Assembly: GCA_964635905.1 (NCBI GenBank)
Contig: CAZWPK010000001.1
Location: forward strand, 224,293 to 288,292
Direction of reading: 5' to 3'
DNA: 64,000 nucleotides
Source of the DNA: an uncultured Pseudomonadales bacterium
GTDB taxonomy: Bacteria; Patescibacteriota; Microgenomatia; UBA1400; UBA12028
The translations under genes were made by a program, and so were the position numbers. This document shows, piece after piece, positions 28,053 to 37,437 of this stretch; the first letter of the stretch is position 1; every line of letters starts with the position of its first letter. The notes beneath the pieces are model-generated. The model searched no databases. It had not been told where the DNA came from and worked only from the letters and a program-made list of their open reading frames with translations.

Positions 28053-29315
28053 ATGGGAAGAGAAGTAGTAAAAGACTTAAAGACATTGAAATCAAATAAC
28101 ATTTTAAGAGATCTACGATACGAGCAAATTTACGCAAACGCTAAACGCGTGCCCGCAGTTCTAGCTGCAGCGGGGGCAACACTCGTTTTTGGATTGTCAG
28201 CTGCTCAAGCAGATGCAGCAAGACCTCAAGATATTTCCAAAGCTCTCAAATCAAGTCCGGAGCACACTAGCATTATGGCTCCCGGAGCTGACTTTGCAGA
28301 GAAGTTTTTCTTGCGACCTGAGTATCAAGGCGGAGGCCCTTTTATTGGCTCTGTTACCATTACAACGGAGGGAAATGCTGGGGCAAACATTCGTACAGCA
28401 CCTGTTTCCGGTGAGATTATCATGGTAGCCCCCAATGGAACTCAGTTTAACGTGTTAGAGGTAAGCTCGGATGGATGGTACAAGATTCAATTAGCAGATG
28501 GGCAAATCGGGTGGGTTTCAGCTACACTCGGTATTTTTTCTGCACAACCTGTTGCAGCTCCTGAACCTGGTACAGACCCCGCTACAAGAGAACCTCAAGG
28601 TGGTGCTGCCACATTGGAGTCTCCCATCATCCCCGGGCCTGATGGTATTCCTACGCCATCGTTCCTAACTCCAGGACAGGTGATAGGACCAATGAGTGCC
28701 TTTGGATACCCTGAAATCCAGCATGTAATACAAGCGCATCCGGACTGGTTTGAACCAGCAGATTCCTCCCCAGAGTTAACGGGGACAGGTTTTACTCAAT
28801 CAATGGTGCTCGAAGGTGTTCTTCGAGGATGTAGTGTAGAGCAAACAACGTATAATGACCAATTGTATTGTGTGATCAAAGTTCAATCTGGGAATCCGCA
28901 TGGGATCCCAAGTTTCTTCCTTATTTTTCGCAATACGATTGTGGATGGTCAAATGGGAGGCAATGTTGGTGTGATCCAAAATGGACAAGCGATCACCATA
29001 AACGATGCAGAAGAAGTACGGGACCGTTATACTCAGGCTCCTGCAATGACTCGAGTTCGAATAGAATTTCGTCCTAGTGCGTTTCGTGGGACAGACGTTT
29101 ACGGGGAGCTAGATGCAGCGCTGATGACAGCCGCGATCGAGAATCTTAGAATTGCAATTGAAACTGGGACCCCGATTGCGTCTCTAGACGTAACGGGAAT
29201 CATTCAAGATTTAGCGCAACGACGAAATGTGCCGGTAGATGATCTCCAAAATTTTGCTGGGCATTTGATCTCTGGGTTACCAGTTGGATTCCGCACATCG
29301 TTAGTCCTGTCGTAA
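28053..29315 (+). CDS. Bacterial SH3 (SH3b) domain protein
   Basis: ANIRTAP...FNVLEVSSDGWYKIQLADGQIGWVSA; hydrophobic signal-like segment. Confidence 0.8.
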   Translation: MGREVVKDLKTLKSNNILRDLRYEQIYANAKRVPAVLAAAGATLVFGLSAAQADAARPQDISKALKSSPEHTSIMAPGADFAEKFFLRPEYQGGGPFIGSVTITTEGNAGANIRTAPVSGEIIMVAPNGTQFNVLEVSSDGWYKIQLADGQIGWVSATLGIFSAQPVAAPEPGTDPATREPQGGAATLESPIIPGPDGIPTPSFLTPGQVIGPMSAFGYPEIQHVIQAHPDWFEPADSSPELTGTGFTQSMVLEGVLRGCSVEQTTYNDQLYCVIKVQSGNPHGIPSFFLIFRNTIVDGQMGGNVGVIQNGQAITINDAEEVRDRYTQAPAMTRVRIEFRPSAFRGTDVYGELDAALMTAAIENLRIAIETGTPIASLDVTGIIQDLAQRRNVPVDDLQNFAGHLISGLPVGFRTSLVLS

Positions 29316-29374
29316 CCGTGCTGGTACGAAGCTCTCTTGAATTCTGAAGTAGAACACGCTACTTTATAAGGAGT

Positions 29375-29923
29375 ATGGTTGTTTCAAAATCGCTAGTAGC
29401 GGTTGGAGGTTTTTTTATCGTATTAGCGTTGGTCATTTCCGGTGTGTTTTTTTTCTTATCTAGACCAAAAACAACTACTGTTCCCACCAGTCTGAATGCT
29501 CAACCTTCAAGCAGTAATTCAAAGTATAAAGTCACTAAGCTCTCTGTAGATGATTCTAGCTACCTCTACATTATAGAAGGGAAGTTTACTCAAAACTTAA
29601 ATAACCTTGGTTCCTTATCTCGATCTACATTTTTGATTGATGGCGAATCAACGAATGAAATCATGGTGACGTTTCCTGCCGAGGCATCTAGTTTTTTTGT
29701 CGGAACGAAAAATGCCAAGGGTGGGATGGAATGGGAAAATCAACCGTTTTCTGCGGTCAAATCTAGAATTTTTCCTGGAGCAACACTTCAACTGCGCATG
29801 CAACTCTCCGCAACTACTCCAGAACATGAACAGCAAATGAAGACGTTAGACGAACTTATTAAAGCTTCTGAAATAAAGCCAACGTACTATGCTATTCAGC
29901 CAGATGGGATTGGTTTCTTATGA
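29375..29923 (+). CDS. Membrane-anchored hypothetical protein
   Basis: N-terminal TM followed by an S/T linker; ATGA overlap with the next gene. Confidence 0.7.
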   Translation: MVVSKSLVAVGGFFIVLALVISGVFFFLSRPKTTTVPTSLNAQPSSSNSKYKVTKLSVDDSSYLYIIEGKFTQNLNNLGSLSRSTFLIDGESTNEIMVTFPAEASSFFVGTKNAKGGMEWENQPFSAVKSRIFPGATLQLRMQLSATTPEHEQQMKTLDELIKASEIKPTYYAIQPDGIGFL

Positions 29924-32823
29924 TTCGATCAATCCTCATAGGAACTATGTTTTTTGTTTTCGCATCTTTTCTGAAGCCCGAAACGATTTTTGCCCAAGTC
30001 TGTGCACCTACCCGAATTATTAATCAATATGCCTGTGTAACACTGGGCCAGACCTGCAATAACTGGGAACCTCGGTGTGCTTGGTCTGGAGAAAGATGTG
30101 GTCTCGGCGACTTGGGGCGAGCTACTGGAGTCTGCGGCGATCCTGGTGATGGAGTGTGTACCAACTACTGTACCAGCTATACCCCAACGGGTCCTCCCAC
30201 GTGCCGTAACACGGGAACACAGGTAGTGGCATGTTCTGCCGCTGCCGCTGGCTGTTCTTGGACTAATCAAATTATCGATTGTAACGGAGGAACGAGTGGA
30301 GGAACTGGTCAATGTACCGAATCCTCTGTAGGCGTAACCTACCAGTGTTGGGTTGTGGGTGGGGGAACTCCCGGACCGACTGGCGGTGGTGGCGGTGGAG
30401 GAGGCTCTTGGGGCGGATGTGGTTCGTGTGGATCGTGTCCGCCATTTGGTGGGAGTAGTCAGTGTGTGCAAGCTCCCGATGGAACCTGTCGCTGGGATCC
30501 AACCTCGTGTGGAGGTGGCTCCACGTGTGCTTCCGCTGGTCAGGGTTGTGGTGGCTGGGCGGATACCACAACGTGTTGTTCCGGCCTAACCTGCAACTGG
30601 CTACCCGGTGATGCAGGATATAGTTGCGGAGATTGTCGAAGTCCACAAGTGATTGCGCGCTATTGTGGAACGGATCCTTCCTTGTGGTGTGGCCAAAACT
30701 ACATTTGTAATAACGGCAATTTCACCTGTCCGAATGCACAGTCGTTTGAAATTCCTTCGGCACCGACTGGAATGACACCTGCAGATGGTGCCATTGTTAC
30801 AAGCACAGGCAGCCCGAGTACGCAGCTTCGCTGCAATGCAGCCTGTTCCGATGACTATGACTGTGGAGCAAACCGAGTCGAAGCACGACTCAATCGCGGT
30901 AGTTTTGCGGTAAACCCCTATACGTATTTTAGATTTATTGGATTTTTGGAAAACAGCGCACTCATCTCCATTGGGTCGTCTCCAAGTACATTGAATCCGC
31001 GCATGACCTACCGGCCTCCTGGTGTGTTCACAACGGGAGTGGCTGGTGGATATCCCGTTCAATATACAACGACGCAGGGAGCGGGCGTAAACATGGCCTC
31101 AGGGACAACTTCTGTGGGGGTATCAGGCTATCGTGATGCGACGGGCTCACTGGTTGATTTCTTTATCAATGGCGCCTTTAAGCAAAACATCAACTTCAAT
31201 TCCGTGATGACTGGACAACCGCAAGGGGACTACCGGGTGAGTTTTGCCGCGGGAGCTGAAAAACCGTTTGCCTGTTCTTCCGGTGTGTGTCGATTACGCG
31301 CAAACGTATCCGATGCAACGTGTGCGGGATCTCCATCATCCACTGAAAAATTTGTGCAGTTGTCCTGGAATCCCGGGCCTTCCAATAGTTCTGGTCCTAT
31401 CTATCGAGAGTGGGAAGTCCAGGTGGTACCCGAAGGATCTAACTGTAACAATCCTGCTTCCTTCTGTGGTACAGTGCTCAAACCTTCCTATCGATTCGTG
31501 CCCAGTGCGGCTTTCTCGCGTTACTCTTGGTCAGTGCGAACGATCAATGATGTTTGTACCTATCAGGGAGCCCCACGCGTCAATGGTCGCTGGAGTGTCC
31601 CTCATTTGTTTGTGGTAGAGGATAAAGTCGATTTTGGTTCCACCATTAACATGGATAACTCTCGAACTGCCTTAGTTGTGGGTGGTGTTTGTACCACGTC
31701 CGGTGTCCCTGCTGCGTATACCGGCGGAGGGAACGTGACAATTACCAAAGCCCCATTCACACAGACAGTCCCAGTGTCCACGACGAATGGATCCTATTCC
31801 TTTACCCAAGTCGATCGAGGAACTGGGTATAACGTCAGTTTACAGTTAACGCAGCCACCCGTCGGACAACCACAACTAGTCTGTACCTGTCCCGTTGGCT
31901 GTACGTACAGCAATGTCAGTGTTCCCCAGAATTTACCTTTTTACGTCAGCCAGGTGGCCATGCCATGGTTCCAGACGCAAGGTGCAGATATTGCTGCCTT
32001 AACTTCTGGAAGCGGTGTGAGTATGCAAGATCCGATCGCGCCATTGCTATTAAATGGGGCCAAAATTTCCAAGCCATTTGATTCTTCAAATTACGCGACG
32101 ATTGGACAGTACACCCAAGGTGCATTAGTCGTGCAACGCTCATCGATCGTGGACTTAGATTCTGCCGCAGGAAATCAAGAAACGAATATCTCGGATCCCA
32201 ACCGTCTGGTTCGGACCTCGTACTCCAATGTCTGTAAAGAAAATTACGATTATTTTTATCGAAAGTTTAGTTTGGGGGTGAACCCCGCCAATGACATTAC
32301 CTCTCTGAACGGTGCGAACGCTCCGGTCTCGGATAAGCCTAATGGTAAAAACGCCTACTATGTAGCGTCAGATTTGAGTGTGAACTCGAATTGGTCATTA
32401 ACGGGTAATCGGAAGATGGTCATCTTTGTGAACGGTGATCTCACCATCAATGCCAATATTACTGTCGCCAACAGCGCCTTCCTAGCCTTCATCGTCAAAG
32501 GAAATATCATCGTGTCGCCCACCGTCGGAACTTCAGACGTGAGTCAAACAGGGAATGGTCAAGTTCAAGGTGTGTATATTGCCAACGGAAATTTGACGGT
32601 ACAGAGTGCAGGAGCAGCTGGGACAGATCTTAAATTTATCGGAGAAGGTGTGTTTGCAGTCTGCGGAAACGTCCGACTTCCACGTGATTTTAAAAATGGA
32701 GGCGACCCTTCCCGCAATAACTTGAGCCCAACCTCACTCTTTATCTACCGACCGGATCTGCTTTCCAATACTCCAGACCTAATGAAAGATAACTTGAGTA
32801 ACTGGAAAGAGATCGCTCCCTAA
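29920..32823 (+). CDS. Exported Cys-rich surface protein, paralog 2 (knottin-like, FN3-like and C-terminal domain ending WKEIAP)
   Basis: Signal peptide; Cys/Gly-rich modules; FN3-like VQLSWNP...YSWSVR; shared C-terminal domain. Confidence 0.88.
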   Translation: MIRSILIGTMFFVFASFLKPETIFAQVCAPTRIINQYACVTLGQTCNNWEPRCAWSGERCGLGDLGRATGVCGDPGDGVCTNYCTSYTPTGPPTCRNTGTQVVACSAAAAGCSWTNQIIDCNGGTSGGTGQCTESSVGVTYQCWVVGGGTPGPTGGGGGGGGSWGGCGSCGSCPPFGGSSQCVQAPDGTCRWDPTSCGGGSTCASAGQGCGGWADTTTCCSGLTCNWLPGDAGYSCGDCRSPQVIARYCGTDPSLWCGQNYICNNGNFTCPNAQSFEIPSAPTGMTPADGAIVTSTGSPSTQLRCNAACSDDYDCGANRVEARLNRGSFAVNPYTYFRFIGFLENSALISIGSSPSTLNPRMTYRPPGVFTTGVAGGYPVQYTTTQGAGVNMASGTTSVGVSGYRDATGSLVDFFINGAFKQNINFNSVMTGQPQGDYRVSFAAGAEKPFACSSGVCRLRANVSDATCAGSPSSTEKFVQLSWNPGPSNSSGPIYREWEVQVVPEGSNCNNPASFCGTVLKPSYRFVPSAAFSRYSWSVRTINDVCTYQGAPRVNGRWSVPHLFVVEDKVDFGSTINMDNSRTALVVGGVCTTSGVPAAYTGGGNVTITKAPFTQTVPVSTTNGSYSFTQVDRGTGYNVSLQLTQPPVGQPQLVCTCPVGCTYSNVSVPQNLPFYVSQVAMPWFQTQGADIAALTSGSGVSMQDPIAPLLLNGAKISKPFDSSNYATIGQYTQGALVVQRSSIVDLDSAAGNQETNISDPNRLVRTSYSNVCKENYDYFYRKFSLGVNPANDITSLNGANAPVSDKPNGKNAYYVASDLSVNSNWSLTGNRKMVIFVNGDLTINANITVANSAFLAFIVKGNIIVSPTVGTSDVSQTGNGQVQGVYIANGNLTVQSAGAAGTDLKFIGEGVFAVCGNVRLPRDFKNGGDPSRNNLSPTSLFIYRPDLLSNTPDLMKDNLSNWKEIAP

Positions 32824-32837
32824 TCGGTCCATCCACG

Positions 32838-33020
32838 GATGCCTAACTGTTGTTGTTACCCTCAGGATGATGGTGTAGTTTCTATTATTCTTCCCAAGTG
32901 TTGTCCAGCTCATCGCTGCTTTAAAACTGCACAGAGTCCCCAAGCAGTAATCCATTGCAGTGCGTTGGAGAGGTGGGAGAGCACGTAGGGAACGCAAGGC
33001 ATCAGAGAGTTTGAAACTAC
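32838..33020 (+). ncRNA. Candidate structured RNA in a convergent intergenic gap
   Basis: Several nested and crossing complementary segments (see findings); not matched to a known family. Confidence 0.3.
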
Positions 33021-33023
33021 CTG

Positions 33024-33812
33024 TTATGGTTCCGGGAGAAAATGGGGCTGATTGGAAAACGCTGGTTCTCCATATAACTCATTCCAAATAGTCCAGAGGT
33101 GGTTGGACTGCGGACTCTGGGAGAATCCTACCCAGGCATCAAATTCCGATTCAGATGTCGCTTGCTGGGATAGGTAACCGTACACCACCCGACTGCCAAT
33201 ATTCAAACGAGGTTCGTAGCGATAGAGCTTGGATCCTGCAATCGCCAGTGATGAAGGGAAGGTCCGTTCTGTTCGGATACCTTCTCTAAGGATAATCGCA
33301 AGTTGTTTGATTTGTGATGCAAGGGTGGGCTCTGATCGCTTGAGCATGTTCGATACTGGTGCATTCGTTGCATTCCAAATTTCCGGAGACTGTAACCGCA
33401 TGAACGCAATCAAAATTTTGGGTTGAATCCGAGTATTTATGGAAGTGTAACTGAGAATCTCAGCCAAGGTATAACGCGTTTGTTGCGGTGTCGTTTGCAT
33501 CGTTCCATCAAGATCCGTAAAAAAGGTCGGAGAAACTGTTTCGGTATAGTTTTTTAAGTTTACGTTTGCAGACCGTTGTAAGATCTTTTCTGTGGAATAC
33601 ACGAGATACGGAGGAAGACTAATTCCTTTTGGTGTGGGAGTACATTCATGTGAAAACTGGACATTACAGTCATCCAGGAGAACAGGCAAGATCACTTGAG
33701 AATCTTGAGCACGAATCTGTGGATCAATCGTTTCTGACTTCCGCAGTGTATACACAACAATTGCCATCGACAAAAAGGCAAAAAACGCAAAGACTATTCC
33801 AATCGTTTTCAT
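33024..33812 (-). CDS. Membrane-anchored protein with LasA-propeptide-like segment
   Basis: N-terminal TM; SINTRIQPKILIAFMRLQS resembles the SINPKVLLALxExQS motif. Confidence 0.65.
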   Translation of the reverse strand: MKTIGIVFAFFAFLSMAIVVYTLRKSETIDPQIRAQDSQVILPVLLDDCNVQFSHECTPTPKGISLPPYLVYSTEKILQRSANVNLKNYTETVSPTFFTDLDGTMQTTPQQTRYTLAEILSYTSINTRIQPKILIAFMRLQSPEIWNATNAPVSNMLKRSEPTLASQIKQLAIILREGIRTERTFPSSLAIAGSKLYRYEPRLNIGSRVVYGYLSQQATSESEFDAWVGFSQSPQSNHLWTIWNELYGEPAFSNQPHFLPEP

Positions 33813-33912
33813 ACCTTAAGCATACGCAGAATGGATCTAGCTTTCAATATCATGGAAAGAAGAGGAAAACTTATCTTGCTCTTCTCTCCAAATTGCTTTA
33901 ATCTTATTAGAT

Positions 33913-34908
33913 ATGAGTGCACCATCCAAATCTAAACCAACCTCATCCAAGTCTAAAACTTCTTCTGACATTCCAGTTGTTAATGTCTTCGATGAAGAAG
34001 TCAAAGAAACGACACCAGCTCCACGACGTTCGGTTGTCGTAGAAATTGAAGATGTTCCTCCTCAAGCTCCAGAACAACCGGTAGCAGCGCAGCCGCAAAC
34101 CTTGCCAACCCCAACGGAGATTTCTGTCGATCCTGCCCATGACACGACCGTTGCCACCGCAGAACCAGAAGTCTCTTTTGCACCCCCATTAGAAGCACCA
34201 GCTGCCCCCAGTGCTCCTGTACCGGACGTGGTACAACCCAACGAACCTGCACTGCCATCCTTTTTCGAGCACGATCTCAAAGGTGAAGTTGCAGCTCCCG
34301 CCGCACAAGCGCCCAGCGTCTCCTTTGACTTGCCGCAGGCTTCTTCGGAAGGTTCGATGAATTCTGGTGTGGTCCCACAGGCCGTCGTCGGTGAAATTCA
34401 TGAGATCAACGACGGTGGAAATTCGAAGAAAATCATCGGCATCATCTTAATGTTGATTGCAGTCGTTCTTTTAGGTGTTGGTGCCTTTGTTGTCTATTCC
34501 AAGACGCAGTCAAGTTCCAATGAGCCAGCCCCAACCCCAATGATTCAACCAACAGCCACCCCAACTCCAGTTCCGTCTGCTACGCCACAAGCTAGTGACA
34601 GTGCGTCGTTGGTCGCAACTAATAGCGCCGAATTTATCGCCTTAAAGAAGAAATACAAAGTGGATGTGCTCAATGGAACGAAGGTCGCTGGACTTGCCAG
34701 TAAGCAAGCCGCCTTGGTAAAGAAAGAAGGCTATACCACGGGAACCGTTGGAAATGGTGATGAGGAAAAAGCAGGAACTATTACTGTTCCCGCGACAGCC
34801 GCAGCGCTTGCTAAAGATTTGCAACGCATCCTAGCGGACTTTACCTTCACGATAACCGAAGATACAAAAGCGACGAGCATTACAGTCACCTTGGGTGAAC
34901 CGAACTAA
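33913..34908 (+). CDS. LytR_C domain membrane protein with disordered acidic Pro-rich N-terminus
   Basis: TM segment, PT linker and VDVLNGTKVAGLAS...ITVTLG. Confidence 0.85.
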   Translation: MSAPSKSKPTSSKSKTSSDIPVVNVFDEEVKETTPAPRRSVVVEIEDVPPQAPEQPVAAQPQTLPTPTEISVDPAHDTTVATAEPEVSFAPPLEAPAAPSAPVPDVVQPNEPALPSFFEHDLKGEVAAPAAQAPSVSFDLPQASSEGSMNSGVVPQAVVGEIHEINDGGNSKKIIGIILMLIAVVLLGVGAFVVYSKTQSSSNEPAPTPMIQPTATPTPVPSATPQASDSASLVATNSAEFIALKKKYKVDVLNGTKVAGLASKQAALVKKEGYTTGTVGNGDEEKAGTITVPATAAALAKDLQRILADFTFTITEDTKATSITVTLGEPN

Positions 34909-34925
34909 TCAACTGAAGCTGCAAC

Positions 34926-34954
34926 AAAAAGCCCTGTGAGAACGGGGCTTTTTT
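34926..34954. terminator. Bidirectional terminator
   Basis: AAAAAGCCCTGT-gaga-ACGGGGCTTTTT. Confidence 0.8.
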
Positions 34955-35594
34955 ACTGGCTGTTTATTACTCCGAGGCGCGGACACAAGTGTGCGATCGG
35001 ACACCGGCTACAGTGTGGGGACCGAGGAAGACAGAGCGTTTGTCCATGGGCCACAAACACTCGGTTCACGATGGCATGAAACCGCGGTGGGATTAGACGC
35101 GTGAGCGCAATTTCGGTATCCAACACCGTCGTGGTGGTCACCCAGCCCAACCGATGGGTAATCCGATGCACATGGATATCCACAGCGATTTGGGGCGTAT
35201 TAAAACACGAGGTCAGGACAATATTGGCTGTCTTTCGACCCACGCCAGGGAGGGAGAGTAAATCAGCTTCCAACGATGGCACCTTCCCATCGTATTTTTC
35301 AATCAAGATTTTACTGATGGCTTTAATCGCAGCTGCTTTTCCCACATAAAAACCTGCGGGTTTGATCAATTGTTGGATCTGTTCAAGCGTGGCATGATCC
35401 ATTGCTTGTGGCGTGGGGTAGTGCGAAAAAAGACGCGAGGCAAGCGGGACGACAACTTGATCACGGGATCGCTGGGACAGGAGCACTGCAATTAAGAGAT
35501 GAAAGGGATCATGGCCATGAATCTCGTGCATGGGTAAGGAAGGATAGGTTTGATCCAAGATCGACAACACGGTTTCAATCGTTGACTTCCGCAT
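34953..35594 (-). CDS. nth: Endonuclease III
   Basis: LLIAVLLSQ, HhH LPGVGRKTAN, AVDIHV and Fe-S motif CLPRSPHCSRCPIAHLC. Confidence 0.96.
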   Translation of the reverse strand: MRKSTIETVLSILDQTYPSLPMHEIHGHDPFHLLIAVLLSQRSRDQVVVPLASRLFSHYPTPQAMDHATLEQIQQLIKPAGFYVGKAAAIKAISKILIEKYDGKVPSLEADLLSLPGVGRKTANIVLTSCFNTPQIAVDIHVHRITHRLGWVTTTTVLDTEIALTRLIPPRFHAIVNRVFVAHGQTLCLPRSPHCSRCPIAHLCPRLGVINSQ

Positions 35595-35617
35595 GGACTC
35601 ATTCTAGCATCGAGCTC

Positions 35618-36202
35618 ATGGAAACTTTGCTCTTTGCGACCGGTAATCCCGGGAAAATCAATGAACTACTTGCGTTATTTGACCATGATCAGGTAAACAT
35701 TAAGACACTCAAAGATCTAGAAACAACAATCCCCGAACCAGAAGAAACGGGGGCAACCTTTGAAGAGAATGCCATTTTGAAAGCACAGTACTACTCCAAA
35801 CACTCTGGCTTACCAACGTTGGCCGATGATTCGGGCCTGGAAGTAGATGCCCTAGAGAAACGACCGGGAGTCTATTCTGCACGGTATATCGACGGGACAG
35901 ATGCAGATCGTAGCAACAAGATCCTGCACGAGCTTGAAGGAGTAAGAGAGCGTCAAGCATGCTTTGTCTGTGTACTCGCCTATGTTCCGCTTCAAGGTGA
36001 ACCACAAACCTTTCGTGGAAGTTGTGAGGGGAGAATCGGTTTTGCGATCCAAGGTGGGCAGGGGTTTGGCTACGATCCGATCTTTATTCCCACAGGCTAC
36101 ACCCAATCCTTTGGTGAATTGGGAAGTGACATCAAAAATACCTTGAGCCATCGTCATCAAGCAATGGAAGCATTTTCATCCTGGTATAGAAAGCAACTTT
36201 AA
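35618..36202 (+). CDS. rdgB: Non-canonical purine NTP pyrophosphatase (Ham1 family)
   Basis: FATGNPGK, ADDSGL, PGVYSAR, GFGYDPIF and SHR. Confidence 0.96.
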   Translation: METLLFATGNPGKINELLALFDHDQVNIKTLKDLETTIPEPEETGATFEENAILKAQYYSKHSGLPTLADDSGLEVDALEKRPGVYSARYIDGTDADRSNKILHELEGVRERQACFVCVLAYVPLQGEPQTFRGSCEGRIGFAIQGGQGFGYDPIFIPTGYTQSFGELGSDIKNTLSHRHQAMEAFSSWYRKQL

Positions 36203-37275
36203 TGTCAGACCCTCGTAGTGATCAACTCGCGTCCCTCCTCGTTTCCTATAGCACCAAAGTACAACCTGGTGATCATGTTTGGATTCGTTGTGTTGGAGTG
36301 GCTGCGTTACCCTATGCCCGATCGGTGTACAAAAAAGTGATTGAGGTTGGCGGTCATCCCTACCTAGATATTGCCGACGAAACGTTGTCTCCGTTTTTCT
36401 TTTCCACAGCAAGTAGTGCGCATTTGGAAAAAGATCCTGCCATTGATTTGTTTCTAGCCAACTGGGCAGACTGCATCATCACCTTGGTTGGGGAAGAGAA
36501 CACCCGAGCGTTAGTGGCTGCGGATCCAAAAAAGATCCTACAGATGCAAAAGATCAAACAACCCGTCAAGAAAGTCATTCTCTCCAAACGCTGGGTGCTG
36601 ACCTGGGTACCAACACCAGCATTGGCACAGGAATCCGGAATGAGTACGGATGACTTTGAAGAATTTTATTTCTCTGCATGTTTACGCGACTGGAAAAAAG
36701 AATCGAAGCGCATAGTGTCGCTTTCAAAACGACTGTCCCATGCAACGAAGATCGAGGTCATTGGGAAAGACACACAACTCACGTTGAGTGCGACTGATCG
36801 CATTTTCATTCCGGATGTGGGTGATTGCAATATGCCTGCCGGAGAAGTCTTTACCTCCCCAGTGGAAAATTCGGTCAACGGAGTCATCACTTTTGATTTT
36901 CCTCTCTTTCGGTTTGGAAAAGAACTAACGGATATCCGGCTTGAATTCACCGATGGGCTCATTACCAAAGCAAGTGCGAGTAAACATGAAGACACGTTAC
37001 ACGCGATCCTTTCTACGGATGACGGCGCAAAACGACTAGGTGAATTTGCGATCGGAATGAACCCTGGAATCACGCGCTATTTTAATAACACACTCTTTGA
37101 CGAAAAGATCGAAGGGACCATTCACTGTGCGATTGGAGATAGTTTCTTGGAAGCAGGGGGAAAGAATCATTCGGGGGTGCATATGGACATCGTTAAAGAC
37201 ATGCGCCAGCCTGGCTCCAAAGTGCTTGCTGATGGGGTAACAATTCTTGAGGATGGAGTGCTACTTTCTTCCTAG
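36202..37275 (+). CDS. Aminopeptidase, M29 family (AmpS/T-like)
   Basis: NMPAGEVFTSP, LGEFAIG, LFDEKIEGTIHCAIG and SGVHMD. Confidence 0.92.
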   Translation: MSDPRSDQLASLLVSYSTKVQPGDHVWIRCVGVAALPYARSVYKKVIEVGGHPYLDIADETLSPFFFSTASSAHLEKDPAIDLFLANWADCIITLVGEENTRALVAADPKKILQMQKIKQPVKKVILSKRWVLTWVPTPALAQESGMSTDDFEEFYFSACLRDWKKESKRIVSLSKRLSHATKIEVIGKDTQLTLSATDRIFIPDVGDCNMPAGEVFTSPVENSVNGVITFDFPLFRFGKELTDIRLEFTDGLITKASASKHEDTLHAILSTDDGAKRLGEFAIGMNPGITRYFNNTLFDEKIEGTIHCAIGDSFLEAGGKNHSGVHMDIVKDMRQPGSKVLADGVTILEDGVLLSS

Positions 37276-37278
37276 GAA

Positions 37279-37402
37279 ATGGTCAATTCATGAGCGTTTC
37301 TATTGACCATATGAGAACGTCACTTCTAAATGTCAACTAAAGAGCGTTGATTGTTGACATTAGTACTGATGATGTAAACAAACATCATACACTTGTTTAC
37401 TT
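37279..37402. repeat. Three tandem inverted repeats, GTMAA-N16/17-TTKAC
   Basis: ATGGTCAAT..ATTGACCAT; AATGTCAAC..GTTGACATT; GTAAACAA..TTGTTTAC. Confidence 0.75.
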
Positions 37403-37437
37403 TGTTTGAGTAGGAATTTGAGAAGGAAAGAACCCTG

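Noticed and set aside
29929-31618. Multiple antisense and alternative-frame ORFs over the Cys/Gly-rich gene, and similar shadow ORFs elsewhere
   Set aside because: They are fully nested in well-supported genes and have no motifs; a by-product of codon composition.
37279-37402. Mini CRISPR array or integron attC cassettes
   Set aside because: Units are not identical, inter-unit gaps are too short and uneven, and there is no cas gene or integrase.
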